64,000 nucleotides of DNA from Mobula hypostoma. Its lineage: Eukaryota. Where the stretch lies: the NCBI RefSeq assembly GCF_963921235.1, contig NC_086108.1, positions 107,758,001-107,822,000 of the forward strand. The letters run 5' to 3'. A program made the translations under genes and the position numbers. The first letter of the stretch is position 1; every line of letters begins with the position of its first letter. Shown piece by piece: positions 12,545 through 25,885 of the stretch. The notes under the pieces are model-generated. The model saw only the letters and a list, made by a program, of their open reading frames with translations, made no database searches and had not been told where the DNA came from.

Positions 12545-15300
12545 GTGTAATTCATTGCCGCAGGTGGCTGTGGAGGCCAAGTCACTGGGTATATTTAAAA
12601 TGGAGGTTGATAAGTTCTTGATTAATCAGGATGTCAAAGGTTATGGGGAAAAGGCAAGAGAATGGGGTTGAGAGGGGTGATAAATTCCAGGCATGCTGAA
12701 ATTGTGGTGCAAACTCGATGGGCTGAATGGACTAATTCTGCTCTTATTTCTTATGGTCTTATGGAAGCGTAGAAGAATGAGGGGAGATTTGATAGAGGTA
12801 TACAAAATTATGAAGGGCATTGAAAGGATTAATACAAGCAGGCTGTTTCCACTGAGGTCAGGTAGCTAGAGGTCATGTGTTAAGGGTGAAAGGTGAAATG
12901 TTTAAGGGGAACATGAGAGGGAACTTCTTCACTCAGAGGCTGTTGCAACTGTGGAGTAAGCTGCCAGCGGAATTGGTGGATGTGGATTTGATTTCAACAT
13001 TTAAAAGACATTTGGATAGATGCATGGATGGGAAGGGTATGGAGGGTTATGGTCCGGGTTCAGGTCAATGGGACGAGGCAGATTAATAGTTTGGCATGGA
13101 GAAGATCGGTCAAAGGGTCTGTCTCCGGGCTGTAGTGTTCTACAGGGGAGCTCACTGAAACATACAGATTTCCTTGATGGTCAATGTGAACAACAAAGAG
13201 GAGTCTGGAATTAAGAGCTCAGTCTTCGGATGAAGGAGTTGCCTGCGTGTGACTCCAATGAAAGTAATTTCCTCACACGGAGGGCAATGAATCCGTGCCG
13301 CCTGGGTCACTGAATTAGTTGCAGACAGAGATCGATAAATTTCTGGATCTTAAAGAAATGGGGATATGACAGGAAAACAATGTTTGATGTAGATCAGTTA
13401 CGGTCTTGCTGAGTGATGAAGGCTCAAGAGGCCAAATGGCCTATTTTTCTTAGAAAGCTTTAATAAACACACTAGTCAGGCCCAGAATGGAGAATTTGAT
13501 TCAATTCTGGCCTCCAGAGTCATACAGTAAAGGCGATTAGATATAGAAACAGAAATAGGCCATTTGGCCCATTAAATATGTCTTTAATTTCAATGCGAAT
13601 TTCCTGCCTTCTCTCGCTATCCCCTTCCCAATCAAGAACCTATCAATTTCTGCCTTAATAGACCTAATAGGTTGGGCCTCCACTGCCTTCGGTTTCACTG
13701 AATTCCATAGATTCGCCACCCTCTGCCTGAAATTCCCTCTCATTTCACATTTAAAGGCATGTCTTTATTCTGAGCTTGTGCACTCTCTTACCAATGGAAG
13801 TACCCTCTCTATGTGCACTCCAGGCAGGCCTTTCTGTATCTGGTAGGCTTCAATGACATCCCTCATCATCCTTCTCAATTTCGTCAAGTACAGGCCCAGT
13901 ACATCAAAGACTCATCATATATTAAGCCTGTCGTTCCTGGGGAATTTTCTTGTGAACCCCTCCAATGTCTCCAAGTCCTTAGAGACAGTTCCAAGATATT
14001 TCAAATGTAGGTTGACCGATGTCTTATAAATGCAGAAGACTATAAGATACAGGGGTAGAATTAGGCCATTCCACCCACCAAGTCTGCTCCACCATTCCAT
14101 CATGGCTAATTCATTTCCCTCTCAATCCCATTCTCCTGTCTTCTTCCCATAATCATTGATGCCCATACTATCACCAACCTATCAATCTCCACTTTGAAGA
14201 TATCCAATGACTTGGCCACCACAGCTGTCTGTGACAATGAATTCCACAGATTCACCAACCTCTGTTAAAAAAAAAATCCTTGTTACCTCTGTTCTTATAT
14301 TTTGAGACATGCCCTCTGGTCCTAGACACCCCAACTGAATGGCCTAATTCTGCTCTTATGTCTTATGGTCTTATGAAATCAAACACTATGCTTTTACTCT
14401 CAATTCCTAGACCACCACCCCCCCCCAACAATATTGAAAACATCCTCCCCATGGCCATTCTACCTGGGCCTTTCTAGGCCTATCCTCAGTGGGCCATCCC
14501 TACTTTTATGATCTGGTGCTTCGAAATGAAAGCTAACATTGCAGTTTCCTTCTTTAAAGAAACAGACTGGTTATCCAGCACAAATACACATCATTCTACA
14601 CTTATCATTACATTTAACACCCCCTGACTCCACCACTCACCCACATACACATCAGGGCACATTTATTTGCAGTCATTTCCAAGGGATGAGAATATAAAAG
14701 CAAGGACGTAATGCTGAGGCTTTATCAATCACTGGTCAGACTGCAGTTGGAGAATAGTGAGTAGTTTTGGGACCCTATCTAAGAAAAGGTCTGCTACCAT
14801 TGGAGCTGATCCAGAGGAGGTTCACAACAACGATCCCGATATTGCATGGCTTAATGTGTGAGGCATTTGATGGCTCTGGGTCTGTAGTCGTGGAGTTTAG
14901 AAGAATAAGGGGGCCCTCACTGAAACCTATCGAATATTGAAATACCCCGATAGAGTGAATGAGGAGAAGGTATTTCCTGTGGTGGGGAAGCCTTGGAGAA
15001 AATGGCACAGAATAGAAGGAATCCATTTAGAATGAAGGTGAGCAGGAATTACTTTAGCCTGAGGGTGGTGAATCTGTGGAATTCATTGCCACAGGCGGCT
15101 GTGGGGGTCAACTCGATGGATCTATGTAAAGCGGAGCTTGATAGGCTCCTGATGAGTAAAGGTGTCAATGGTTTGCAGAAAACCAGGCAGAAGAATGCTG
15201 TTGAGAGGGATAGGAAATCAGCCATGACGAAATGGTGCCGCAGACTTGATGGACTGAATGGCCTAATTTTGCTCCAATGTCTTATGGTTTTATGGTCAAT
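12545..15300. mobile_element. Cluster of old CR1 3' fragments in both orientations
   Basis: Repeated NFF(T/S)QRVVNLWNSLP-type segments and CR1 3' UTRs at ~12545-13140(+), ~13540-14330(-) and ~14680-15300(+). Confidence 0.8.
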
Positions 15301-15399
15301 TTGCAGTGGGCAGTTAACCTACCATGGAAGAAGGGGATGCAGAAAATAACTCAGTGACATAGTAATGGAGGTGAGAGGTTTCCAGTGACACTTTTATTT

Positions 15400-15680
15400 T
15401 TTTTACTTATTTATTGCGATATGGCTCAGAACAGGCCTTTCTGGCCCCTCAAGCCATGCTGCCTGGCAACCCCCGATTTAATCCTGGCCCAATCACAATG
15501 ACCTATTAGCCTACCTACCAGTATGTCTTTGGATTGTGGGAGGAGACGGGAGCAGCCAGGGGAAACCCATGCAGTCACGGGGAGAACGTACAAACTCCTT
15601 CCAGACAGTGGTGGGAGTCGAACCCGGGTCGCCAGTGCGGTAAAGTGTTGTGCTAACCACTATGCTGTCGTGTCACCCCA
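15400..15680 (-). mobile_element. V-SINE-type SINE
   Basis: B-box GGTTCGACTCC on the minus strand, plus the GGAGTTTGTACGTTCTCCCCGTGAC...CCCACAATCCAAAGAC core. Confidence 0.8.
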
Positions 15681-15827
15681 TTTGAAATACTGGGTATGTT
15701 ACCGGAGCAGAATTGGTTAATCCATTAATGGAACTATTCAAATCTAGGATTGTATGATAAAGAAAGCCGACAAATTCACAAATGGGCAAGTAGCTCAAGT
15801 GAATCAAGTCTTTGTATGGCTGTACTT

Positions 15828-16050
15828 GAGAAAATTTGCAGATACTGGAAATCAAAAAGCAGCACACACAAAATGCTGGAGGAAGGCAGCAGACCAGGCT
15901 GCATCTATGGAAAAGAGTGAACAGTAGATGTTTCGGAACGAGACCCTTCATTCCCATGAAGAGTCTCAGCCCAAAACCTTGATTGTTTAATCTTTCGCAT
16001 GGATTCTCCCTGGCCTGCTGAGTTCCTCCAGCATCTTGTGTGCGTTGCTT
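15828..16050. mobile_element. Inverted pair of PLE terminal repeats
   Basis: ACACACAAAATGCTGGAGGAA...GAGACCCTTCAT is followed by its reverse complement ATGAAGAGTCTC...TTCCTCCAGCATCTTGTGTG. Confidence 0.75.
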
Positions 16051-17517
16051 TGTATTGCTGCAGCCCTTCTGGTGAGCAACGTGCTGGAAGAACTCAGCAG
16101 GTTGAGCAATATTTGTGGGAGGAAAGGAATCGTTGATGTTTCGGGTTGAAACCCTGCATCATAATTGGAATCTTGTGTTCAGTTTTGCTTGCCTGTTTTC
16201 AGGAAGCACGTGGAAGCAATTGAGTGGGTGCAGAGATTTACCAGGATGTTGCTTTAGGGATACAAGATTATAAGAAGCATAGACAGAGTGGAGAGCCAGA
16301 AACTTCTTTCCCAGGACAGAAGTGGCTAATGTGAGGGGGTATAATTTTAAGGTGGTTGGAGGAAATGATTGGTGGGGGATGTCTGAGGGAGGTTGTTTGC
16401 ACAAAGAGTCAGAATCAGAAACAGGTTTATTATCACTGGCCTGTGTCGTGAAATTTGTTACCTTAGCAGCAACAGTTCAATGCAATAGATAATATAGAAG
16501 AAGAAGAGAAAAGAAATAATAGATAAATAAGTAAATCAGTTACAGTATACATATATTGACTAGATTAAAAATCATGCAAAAAAACAGAAATAATATATAC
16601 TAAAGAAGTGAAGAAGAGTGGTAGGTGCATGGTTCGTGCCACCAGGGGTGGTGGTGAAGAGAAATACATTCTGAATATCTAAGAATCTTTTAGATAGGTA
16701 CACAAATGAAAGAAAAATTAAAGTTCAAAACTCCAAAGCAAAATTTTTTTATCAGGGTACATACATGTCACCACATACCACCCTGAGATTATTTTACTGC
16801 GGGCATACTTAGCAAATTTATAGAACTATAACTACAAACAGGATCAGGGGACAACAAACTGTAAATGCAGATCTAAATAAATAGCAATAAATAACGAACA
16901 TGAAATAACAATATAAAAGAATCCTTAGGTGAGTATAGTTTCCCCCTTTTGTTCAAGAGCCATGGTTGAGGGACAGTAACTGCTCTTGAACTTGGTAGTT
17001 CGTGGAGGGTTACGCAGGACGGAAGGGTTAGGTTGATCTTGTTGATAAGGCCAGCACAAAATTGTGGGCTGAATGGCCTGTACTGTTCGGCAATGCTCTA
17101 TGATGCTAACTCTGGAGGGAAGGAGCGAACCATTTGATCTACAGGGTTACCAGTTGGTAATTGGATTTCTGTGCTGTTAATCTTCTCTGTCTGTGTAATG
17201 GAGATATAAGAAAAACAGCAGATGCTGGAAGTCTGGAGGAGCAAACAAATGCTGGAGGAGCTCAGCAGGTTGGACAGCAACTATCAGTCTGTGTAACGTG
17301 TTGTTAATGTTGGTAATTGATAATTGCTGTGTTATCATCGCATGTTACTGAGATACAGTGTAAAGCTTTTGTTTGCTTGCCACCCATACAGAGCATTCCA
17401 AAACAGAAGCACATCAAGGTAGTACAGAGGCAAGAACAATAACATGCAGAATAGAGCGCTGCAGTTACAGAGAAAGTGAAATGCAGATGGACAGTAAGTT
17501 GCAAGGGCCACATGCAA

Positions 17518-17941
17518 TGTGGAAGCAGGTTCACGGGTTTGCGCGAGTGAGATGGAAAACACTGACTACGAATTACCACGTTAATCGTTTATTTACAGAC
17601 AGTAAAAAAACTCAACCAAACATTTCAGTTCCCCCAGGTTACACCAACTACAAAATGAAATATTTAACGAACAGGTACTTAACTAAAAGTGCGCGTGGAT
17701 ATACCTTCCCCATGGTTCTGTGAGGCATACCCTGGGAACAAAAGGAATGAAAATGAACCTCGCGCGTGTGTTAATCATATACCACCCCCACCCCCCCAGG
17801 GCACCCAGAACTGAAATAAGTGCCATGCCATGGAAACGAACCAATGGGAAAGGCAGCCACAGTTTTTAAACTGACCAATCAGCGTGGTGGAAGCAGCTTT
17901 CGATGGGCAAATAAGACACATCCCCACACAACACCATAACA
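17518..17941 (-). mobile_element. Probable solo LTR (424 bp)
   Basis: TGT...ACA termini. On the minus strand ATTGG precedes TTTAAAAA near the 5' end, and AATAAA lies ~70 nt from the 3' end. Interrupts a LINE 3' UTR. No clean TSD seen. Confidence 0.5.
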
Positions 17942-18289
17942 AGGTTCGACTGAAAGAACAGAACGTATTTCCCCGACTGGAAATTGAACTCAGATTTCAA
18001 CTTCACGTTTATTTATTACATGTACATCAAAACATACCGTGAAGCGCGTTGTTTGCTTTAACAGCCATCATACCAAAGGATGTGTTGGAGGCAGCGTGCA
18101 AGTGTCGTCACACATTCCAGCGTCAACATAGCGTGCCCACAAAGCTCGGCAGAACAACACAGAATACAACGAGCAGCAAAACAAGACCCATTCCTCCCTG
18201 CCACCAGCTGACACAGGAACTGTCCTCCAACTTCAGGACAGATCTCTGGGCAGCCAGCCTCCAGGATTCATAGGCCGAATTGAAGGTGG

Positions 18290-19435
18290 TGACCCATCAG
18301 TATATAGGAGGGAGATCGAAAACCTGGCTGAGTGCTGCCATAACAACAACCTCTTACTCCATGTCAGTAAGATCAAGAAGCTGATTATTGACTTCAGGAG
18401 AAGAAAACCAAAGGTCCACGGGTTATTGGAGATCAGAGGTGGAGAGGTTCAGCAACTTTAAATTCCTAGGTGTTATTATTTCAGAGGACCAGTTCTGGGT
18501 TGAGTACATAAGTGAAACAATGAAGAAAACACAACAGGGCTTCTACTTCTTTGGAGCTTGCAGAAATTCAGAAGGACATCTCATCTAAAACTTTGACAAA
18601 CTTCTATAAATGTGTAGTAGCCAGTATACTGACTGGCTGCATCACAGTCTGGTATGGAAAGATTAATGCTCCTGAACATAAAATCCTACATAAAGTACTG
18701 GATGCAGCTCAGTCCCATTACAGGTAAAGCCCTCCCCACCATTGAATACATCTACATGAAACAATGTCGCAGGAAAGCAGTATTCATTATCAGGGACCGC
18801 CACCACCCAGGACATGCTTTCTTCTCATTGCTGCCATCAGAAAGAGATCAAGGAGCCTCAGGATGCACCCCACCAAGTTCAGGAGTAGTTACTACCCCTC
18901 AACCATCTGGCTCTTGAACCAAAGGGGATAACTTCACTCAACTTGACTTGGTCCATCATTGAAATGTTTCCACAACAAGTGGACTCACGTTCAAGGACTC
19001 TTCATCTCATGTTCTCAATATATACTTTATACTTTATTGTCTCCAAATAATTGATACTAGAACGTACGATCATCACAGCGATATTTGATTCCGTGCTTCC
19101 TGCTCCCTGGATTACAAATCGATAGTAAATATTAAAAATTTAAATTATAAAGCATAAACAGAAAATAGAAAAATGAAAAGTAAGTCAGTGCAAAAAAAAC
19201 CAAGAGGCAGGTCTGGATATTTGGAGGGTACAGCCCAGATCCAGGTCAGGATCCGTTCAGCAGTCTTGTCACAGTAGGAAAGAGGCTGTTCCCAAATCTG
19301 GCCATACGTTTAATAAGTAATATATATTATTTACTATTAATATTATTTCTTACTTTTTGTATTCGCACAATTTGTTGTCTTCTGCACTTTGGATGATACA
19401 CCCAAGTTGGGTAGTCTTTCACTGATTCTATTATG
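18290..19435 (+). mobile_element. Rex1/Babar LINE 3' portion with a nested antisense LINE tail (~19026-19308)
   Basis: NFKFLGVIISED and HHPGHAFFSLLPS fragments, followed by the typical 3' UTR. Confidence 0.8.
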
Positions 19436-19444
19436 GTAAAGGAT

Positions 19445-20490
19445 CCTTTGAGTTAGCTGCCGGTGATCAGAGGTATTCTGCAGGGCTCAGTGTTGGGACC
19501 ACTTCTTTTTATGCTGTATATCAATGATTTAGGTGATAGAATAGATGGCTTTGTTACCAAGTTTGCCGAGGATAAGAAGATTGGTGGAGGGGCATGCAGT
19601 ATTGAGGAAACAGCTGGGCTGCTGAAGGACTTAGACAGATTAGGAGAATGGGCAAGAGAGTGGCAAATGAAATACAATGTTGAAAAATGCATGGTCATGC
19701 ACTTTGGTAGTAGAAATAAATTTTGTAAAGGGGGAGAAAATCCAAAATTCTGAGATGCAAAGGGAGTTGGGAGTCCTTGTGTAGAACAACCTAATGGTTA
19801 ACTTGCAGGTAATGTCAGTGGTGAGGAAGGCAAATGCAGTGTTAGCATTAATTTCAAGAGGTCTCGAATACAAAGGCAGGGATGTGATGCTGAGGCTTTA
19901 TAAGGCACTGGTGAGGCCTCACTTTGAGTATTGTGGACAGTTTGGAGCTCCTCATCTGAGAAAAGATGTGCTGGCATTGGAGAGGGTCCAGAGGAGGTTC
20001 AGGAGGATGATTCCAGGAATGAAAGAGTTATTTACAAACAATGTTTGATGGGCTCTGGGTCTGCACTCGCTGGAATTTAGAAGGATTGGGGGTGGGGTGG
20101 ATCTCATTGAAACTTTTTAAATGTTGAAAGGCCTAGACAGAGTAGATGTGGAAATGATGTTTCCCATGGTGGGGGAGTCTAGGACAAGAGGGCACAACCT
20201 CAGGCTAGAGGAGCATCCATTTAAAACAGAGATACAGAGAAATTTCTTTAACTAGAGGGTGGCGAATTTGTGGAATTTATTACCACAGGCAGCCATGGAG
20301 GCCAGGAGATTGGGTGCATTTAAGGCAGAGCTTGATAGGTTTTTGATTGGATGCAGCATCAGAGGTTACAGGGAGAAGGCCGGGGAATGGGGCTGAGGAG
20401 GAGAAGAAAGGAGCAGCCAAGAGTGAATGGCGGAGCAGACTGGATGGGCCAAATGGCCTAATCCTGCTCCTATGTCTTATGGCCTTATGG
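19445..20490 (+). mobile_element. CR1 LINE 3' portion
   Basis: QGSVLGPLLFMLYINDL, KFAEDKK, LYKALVRPHFEYC; (TCTTATGG) tail. Confidence 0.9.
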
Positions 20491-20799
20491 TCGAGTTAAA
20501 TACACAGCAGTATTACTCTGACTGGGTGGTAGCTGGGTGTTCAGAAGTCTCACAGCCTGGGGGAAGGAGGTGTCACCCAGCCGAGCAGTCCTTGTTCTTT
20601 TGCTGTGGTACCTCTGCCTGATGGTAGAAGGTCAATGAGATTGTGGGATGGATGGGAGTGGTCCTTGACAATGCCGGGGGCAATGAGAATGCAGCACTTC
20701 CGGTGTATATCCTGGGGGGGTGGGGAGAGAGACCCCAGTGATCCTCTCAGCAATCCTCACAATCTAGTGCAGGGTGTTGTGATTTGACGCCTTGCAATA

Positions 20800-22772
20800 T
20801 CGGACCGCTGGAAAATGACACAGGAGACGTATTAATGGAGGACACAGAAATGGTGGACAAACTTAGTAAGTATTTTGCATCAGTCTTCACTTTGGAAGGC
20901 ATGAGCAGTATGCCAGAAATTTGAGGGTGTCGAGGCAGGAGTGAGTGTAGTTACCATTACTAAGGAGAAGATGATTGAGAAGCTGTAAGGTCTGAAGGTA
21001 GATAAGTCATCAGGACCAGATGGACTACACCCCAGGTTTCTGGAAGAAGCTTAAGAGATTGTCGGGATACTAGTAATGATTGATTAATTGATTTATTGAT
21101 TGACATACAGCATGGAATAGGCCCTTCCGGCTCTTCAAGCCATGCCACCCAGCATTACCCCGATTAACTGCAGCCTAATCACAGGTCAATTTGAAATGAC
21201 CAATTAACCTACAAACTGGTACGTCTTTGGACTGTGGGAGGAAACCAGAGCATCCAGAGGAAATCCACCCAGTCGCGGGGAGAACGTGCAAGCTCTTTAC
21301 AGGCAGCAGTGGGAATTGAACCCAGGTCACTGGTACTGGAAGCTGTTGCATTAACCACTACACTACCATGCCACCCATATGTGACCTTTCAAGAAAACTT
21401 TGATTCTAGAATTAATCTGGAGGATTGCAAAATTGCAAATGTCACTTAACTCTTTAAGAAGAGAGGGAGGCAGAAGAAAGGAAACTATAGGCCAGTTAGC
21501 CTGACTTGAATGCTTGGGAAGTTGTTGGAGTCCATTATAAAGGATGAGGCTTTGAGGTACTTGGAGGCGCATGAGGAAATAGGCCAAAGTCAGCATAGTA
21601 TCCACAAGGTGAAATCCTGCCTGACAAATCTGTTGGAACTCTTTCAGGAAATAAAAGGCAAGATAGACAAAAAAGAATCAGTGGATGTTGCTAAATTGGA
21701 TTTTCAGAAGGCCATTGACAAGGTGCCCCACACGAGGCTTCTTAAGAAGATAAGAGTCCATGGTATTACAGGAAAGATGCTAGCATGGGTAGAAAACTGG
21801 CTGACTGGCAGGAGGCAAAGAATGGAAGTAAAGGGGGATTTTCTAGTTTGCTACTGGTGACTAGTGGTGCTCTGCAGGCGTCAGTGTTGGGACTGCTTCT
21901 TTTCATGTTGTATGTTAACGATTTGGATGACAGAATTAAGGCTCTGTGGCCAAATTTGCAGATGATTTGAAGTTAGGTGGAGGGGTAAATAGTGTTGTGG
22001 AAGCAGGGAGTCTGCAGGTCTTAGACATCCTGAGAGAATAGACAAAAATGTGACACATGAAATGTAATGTAGCGAAGTCTATGGTCAAGCACGTTGGTAA
22101 AAGGAATAAAGATGGAGACTATCTTCTAAATGTGGAGAAAATTCAGAAATCAGTGGTGTAAAGAGACTTGCAAGTCCCTGTGCAGGGTTCCCTAAAGGTT
22201 AACTTGCACATTGAGTTGTGGTAAGAAAAGCAATTGCAATGTTAGTGATCATTCCGAGAGGACTAGAGTACAAAAGCAAGGAGGCTTTTAAAGACATTGG
22301 TCAGACCGTACTTGGGGTATTGTGAGCAGTTTTGGACTCCTTTTCTAAGAAATGATGTGTTGGCATTGGAGAGGGTCCAGAAGAGATTCATGTCAATAAT
22401 CCCAGGAATGAAAGCATTTACATATGAAAAGCATTTGATGGCTCTGGTGCTACACTTGCTGGAGTTTAGAAGAATGAGGGGAGAATTTCATTGAAACCTA
22501 TGGAATATTGAAAGGCATTAGTAGAATGAATATGGAGGAGTTATTTCTTTTCATGAGGGAGTTTAGGACTAGAGGGCAGAGCCTTAAAATAGAGGGACAT
22601 CTATTTAGAGTAGGAATGAGGGTAGTGAATCTGTGGGGGCCAAGACGTAGGGTTTATTTGAAGAGGAGGGTGATAGGTTTCTGGTTAGACAGAATGTCAA
22701 GAACGGGATTGAGAGGGATAATATTGAAATGGCGGAGCAACTTGATGGGCAAATGGCCCAATTCTGCTCCTG
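20800..22772 (+). mobile_element. Old CR1 LINE interrupted by a minus-strand V-SINE (~21085-21380)
   Basis: GKLLESIIKD...KSCLTNLLE...DFQKAIDKVPH (21510..21860) and later CR1 motifs with many disruptions. Confidence 0.9.
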
Positions 22773-23135
22773 CAGTGCTGTCCAGAAGTCTTAGGTACAT
22801 GCAAAACTTCTGTACAACAAAGATGCTTTCAAAAATAATGAAATGAAAAGTTTCCAAATATAACAAAATATTTTGTAAAACTAATTGAATCAATATTTGG
22901 TGTGACCACCCTTTGCCTTTGAATCTGCATCAAATCTCTTAAGTACACTGTCATGTAGTGTTATTATAAAATCAGCTGGTAGGTTGTTCGAAACATCTTG
23001 GAGTACTTGCCACAGTTCTTCAAGCTTTGGCATTCTCACTTGCTTCTGTCTATCTAATTAATCCCAGACAACCTCAATAATGTTGAGATCAGGGCTCTGT
23101 GGAGGCCATGTCATCTGAAATCATATAAAAAATCT
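22773..23135 (-). mobile_element. Tc1-family fragment (second family) with DDE-domain remnant
   Basis: Starts CAGTGCTGTCCAGAAGT (Tc1-type end). Minus strand encodes WPPQSPDLNIIEVVWD. An inverted copy of 23043-23107 lies at 24153-24217. Confidence 0.75.
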
Positions 23136-24307
23136 ATGGTGCCTCAGACTTGGTTTTGAGGGACCAGGTGAGATCGTGTGTGATGTGCACTCCAAGAAAC
23201 CTGATGCTCCTGAATCTGTCTATGGAGGAGGCATTAAGCCACAGTTGGGCAATTCCCAGAGAATTATATAAAACCCAGAAGCATCCTACTTGCCCTGTCC
23301 TCCTGTGGCCCTTTCTGAAGCCCACCCTTTCTCACTCACGTCAATCTCACCTCCTTTGGCCCGGCAGCTAAATGCTTAGGACAATTTTTATACGCCAAAG
23401 TCAAATAGGAAATGGAAATATAGGAGCAGGTTAGCATTAAGTTACTGGGATGGCAGCCAAAGTTCAGGATTCTTGATCCAGAAAGCAAGGGCAGCACAGG
23501 GATTTAAACACAACAGATTAAATAAATCTGGATTTGTTTTTAGTGGGGGGAAGGAAAGCTGATAGTAGTTATGGTAACCATAAGTAACTCACACAAAATG
23601 CTGGAGGTACTCAGCAGGTCAGGCAGCATCTGTGGAAATGAATAAACAGTCACTGTTTCAGGATCAGAATCAGAATCAAGATTAATATCGCTGGCATATG
23701 TTCTGAAATTTGTTGACTTTGTGACAGCAATACAATGCAATACATAGTAAGAGCAAAAATACATCAATTATTGTAAATATATATATATATAATTAGTTAA
23801 ATTAAATAAGTATGCAAAAATGGAAATAAAAAAGTAGTGAGGTAGTGTTCATGGGCTGAGTGCCCATTCAGAAATCGGATGGCAGAGGGGAAGAAGCTGC
23901 TCCTGGATTGGACCAAGACCCTTCATCAGGACTGGAGAGGAAGTGGGGAGATGCCTGAATGAAAGATGGGGGGAGGAGAAGTAGGACCAGCTAGAAGGTG
24001 ATGGGTGAGAAAGGTAAAGGGCTGGAGAACAAGGAATCTGATGCGAGAGGAGAGTGGACCACAGGGGAAAAAAGGGAAGGAGCAGGCGTACCAGGGGAGG
24101 TGATAGGCAGGTGAGAAGTGGTAAGAGGCCAGAGTGGGGATTAGAAGGGGAGGGCCTCCACAGAGCCCCGATCTCAACATTATTGAGGCTGTCTGGGATT
24201 AATTAGATAGACAGAAGTAATAGCTGTGTAATCATAAACAACGCATTTCAATGTATGTTTCAATGAATATGTAGGAACCCCTGTTTTAAGGTGACTGAAG
24301 GAAAATA

Positions 24308-24680
24308 CTGGGTGGTGGGGTGGAGATACATCTCTACCAAAGGAGGTGTAAGGTGCTCCTTCCCTCCGCTAGCCTGCAGATTATGATTAGGCAAGGTGTA
24401 GCCCTCCACCTCCCCCCCACCCCCACCACCACACCTGACCTGGGTCATGTGAAGCCATGGCAGCAGGTGATGGATGATCGTAGGAACAGCTGGTGCACAT
24501 CACAAGTCCTGTATGTGCGACCACTGACGCCAGGCAGACCATCTCTGAAGAGTATTGATAATGGCTGGGGTCACCCATCTTGTAAGGACAGAAGAAGGCA
24601 ATGGAAAGCTACTTCTGTAGAAAACTTTTCCAAGAACAATCATGGTCATTGACTTAAGTGGTACATAATGATGATGGTGG
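24308..24680 (+). mobile_element. ~370-bp non-autonomous retroelement (SINE-like) with RTE-related tail
   Basis: GAAGAAGGCAATGGAAAGCTACTTCTG motif (RTE/BovB-related), (TGA)n tail, 9-bp TSD AGGAAAATA at 24299-24307 and 24681-24689. Confidence 0.8.
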
Positions 24681-25009
24681 AGGAAAATATATGGAGGACG
24701 TCAGAGTTAAGTTCTTTAACAGAGAGCAGTGGGTGCATGGAACACCTTGCTAGGGCTGGTGATAGAGGCAGATACGTTAGTGACATTTACAGCAGCCTCA
24801 CGTAGGCACATGGATGAAAGGAAAATGGAAGGCTCTGTGGAGTGGAAGTGTTAGACTGATCTTAGAGAAGATTAAAAGGTCGGCACAACATCATGGGCCG
24901 AAGGGTCCGAAGAAACTACCTTCTGGTTCACAGACATCCTTCAGGAATAGAAATCCACTGCCTTTCTCCTGCTTGACAAGAGATTCTGCAGATGCTGGAA
25001 ATCTTAAGG

Positions 25010-25010
<1 letters not shown>

Positions 25011-25042
<32 letters not shown>
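25011..25042. repeat. (AC)n microsatellite expanded inside an inverted PLE terminal-repeat pair (~24975-25155)
   Basis: About 16 AC units replace the short ACACAC of the PLE tail. Confidence 0.95.
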
Positions 25043-25045
<3 letters not shown>

Positions 25046-25589
25046 GCTGGAAGAACTCAGCAAGCCAAGCGGCATCTTTGGAGGAAAATAGACAATCGAC
25101 ATCTAGAGCCAAGCTCCTTCATCAGCACCTGAATTTCTCCAGCATTTTGTGTGTAAATTGCAGACCTTGATTCCAAACACTTAACTGCCTCTTCAGTTTC
25201 GGGGCAGTAATTATTGGTAGGTCTATTGAGGGACACCTTCCAACACTTAAAAGATATTTGGTCAGGTACTTGGGCAGGAAACCCTTTGAAGGTTATGGGC
25301 CAAATGTAGACAAATCGAAGCAGCATAGGTAGATACATTGGATGGCATATACATGTTGGCCCAAATTGTCTGTTTCCACTTAGGATAACTCTATGACTGT
25401 AATAAAAGCTGGCAACTTTGGTATTGGTTTATTTTTGTCAAGTCTCTTGATGTTTGTATGAGTATGAGAGACATTGACAGCTTTTATCTTTTTCCAAGCT
25501 GAAATGTCAAATGCTAACAGACTTGAATTTAAGTTGTGGGAGTAATTTCAAAGCAGATTACAGTACAACTTTTTTACACAGTGTGGAGT

Positions 25590-25885
25590 GGTGGGGACTT
25601 GGAAGAGGACCACAACCTTGCTGTAGGGTTTGGAGGATTACGTGCCTCAATGACCTCGAGAGCTATGTTGACTCGAGTCAGAGCCTTGTGCTTTGGCTCT
25701 TGGTAGGGTGACCCATGCCAAACAGGTCAAAGGTTAGAAGCCAGAGTAAGAGTAGTTCACCAGTCCTCCAGGTTCTTGGGTTCAGCTCAGGGCTAACAAC
25801 CCTGACTGATAAAAAAAACTGGTACAGAAACAGCAATGGAAGAATCCTTCTGCATCTCCAGTGGCATAGCAGTAAGTATGTAAGT
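25590..25885 (+). mobile_element. RTE (Expander/Rex3-like) internally deleted non-autonomous element
   Basis: 5' UTR-like CAATGACCTCGAGAGCTATGTT...TGGTAGGGTGACCCATGCCAAACAGGTC joined to a (TAAG)n-like tail. Related sequence at ~57660-57830(-) and ~58055-58290(+). Confidence 0.55.
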
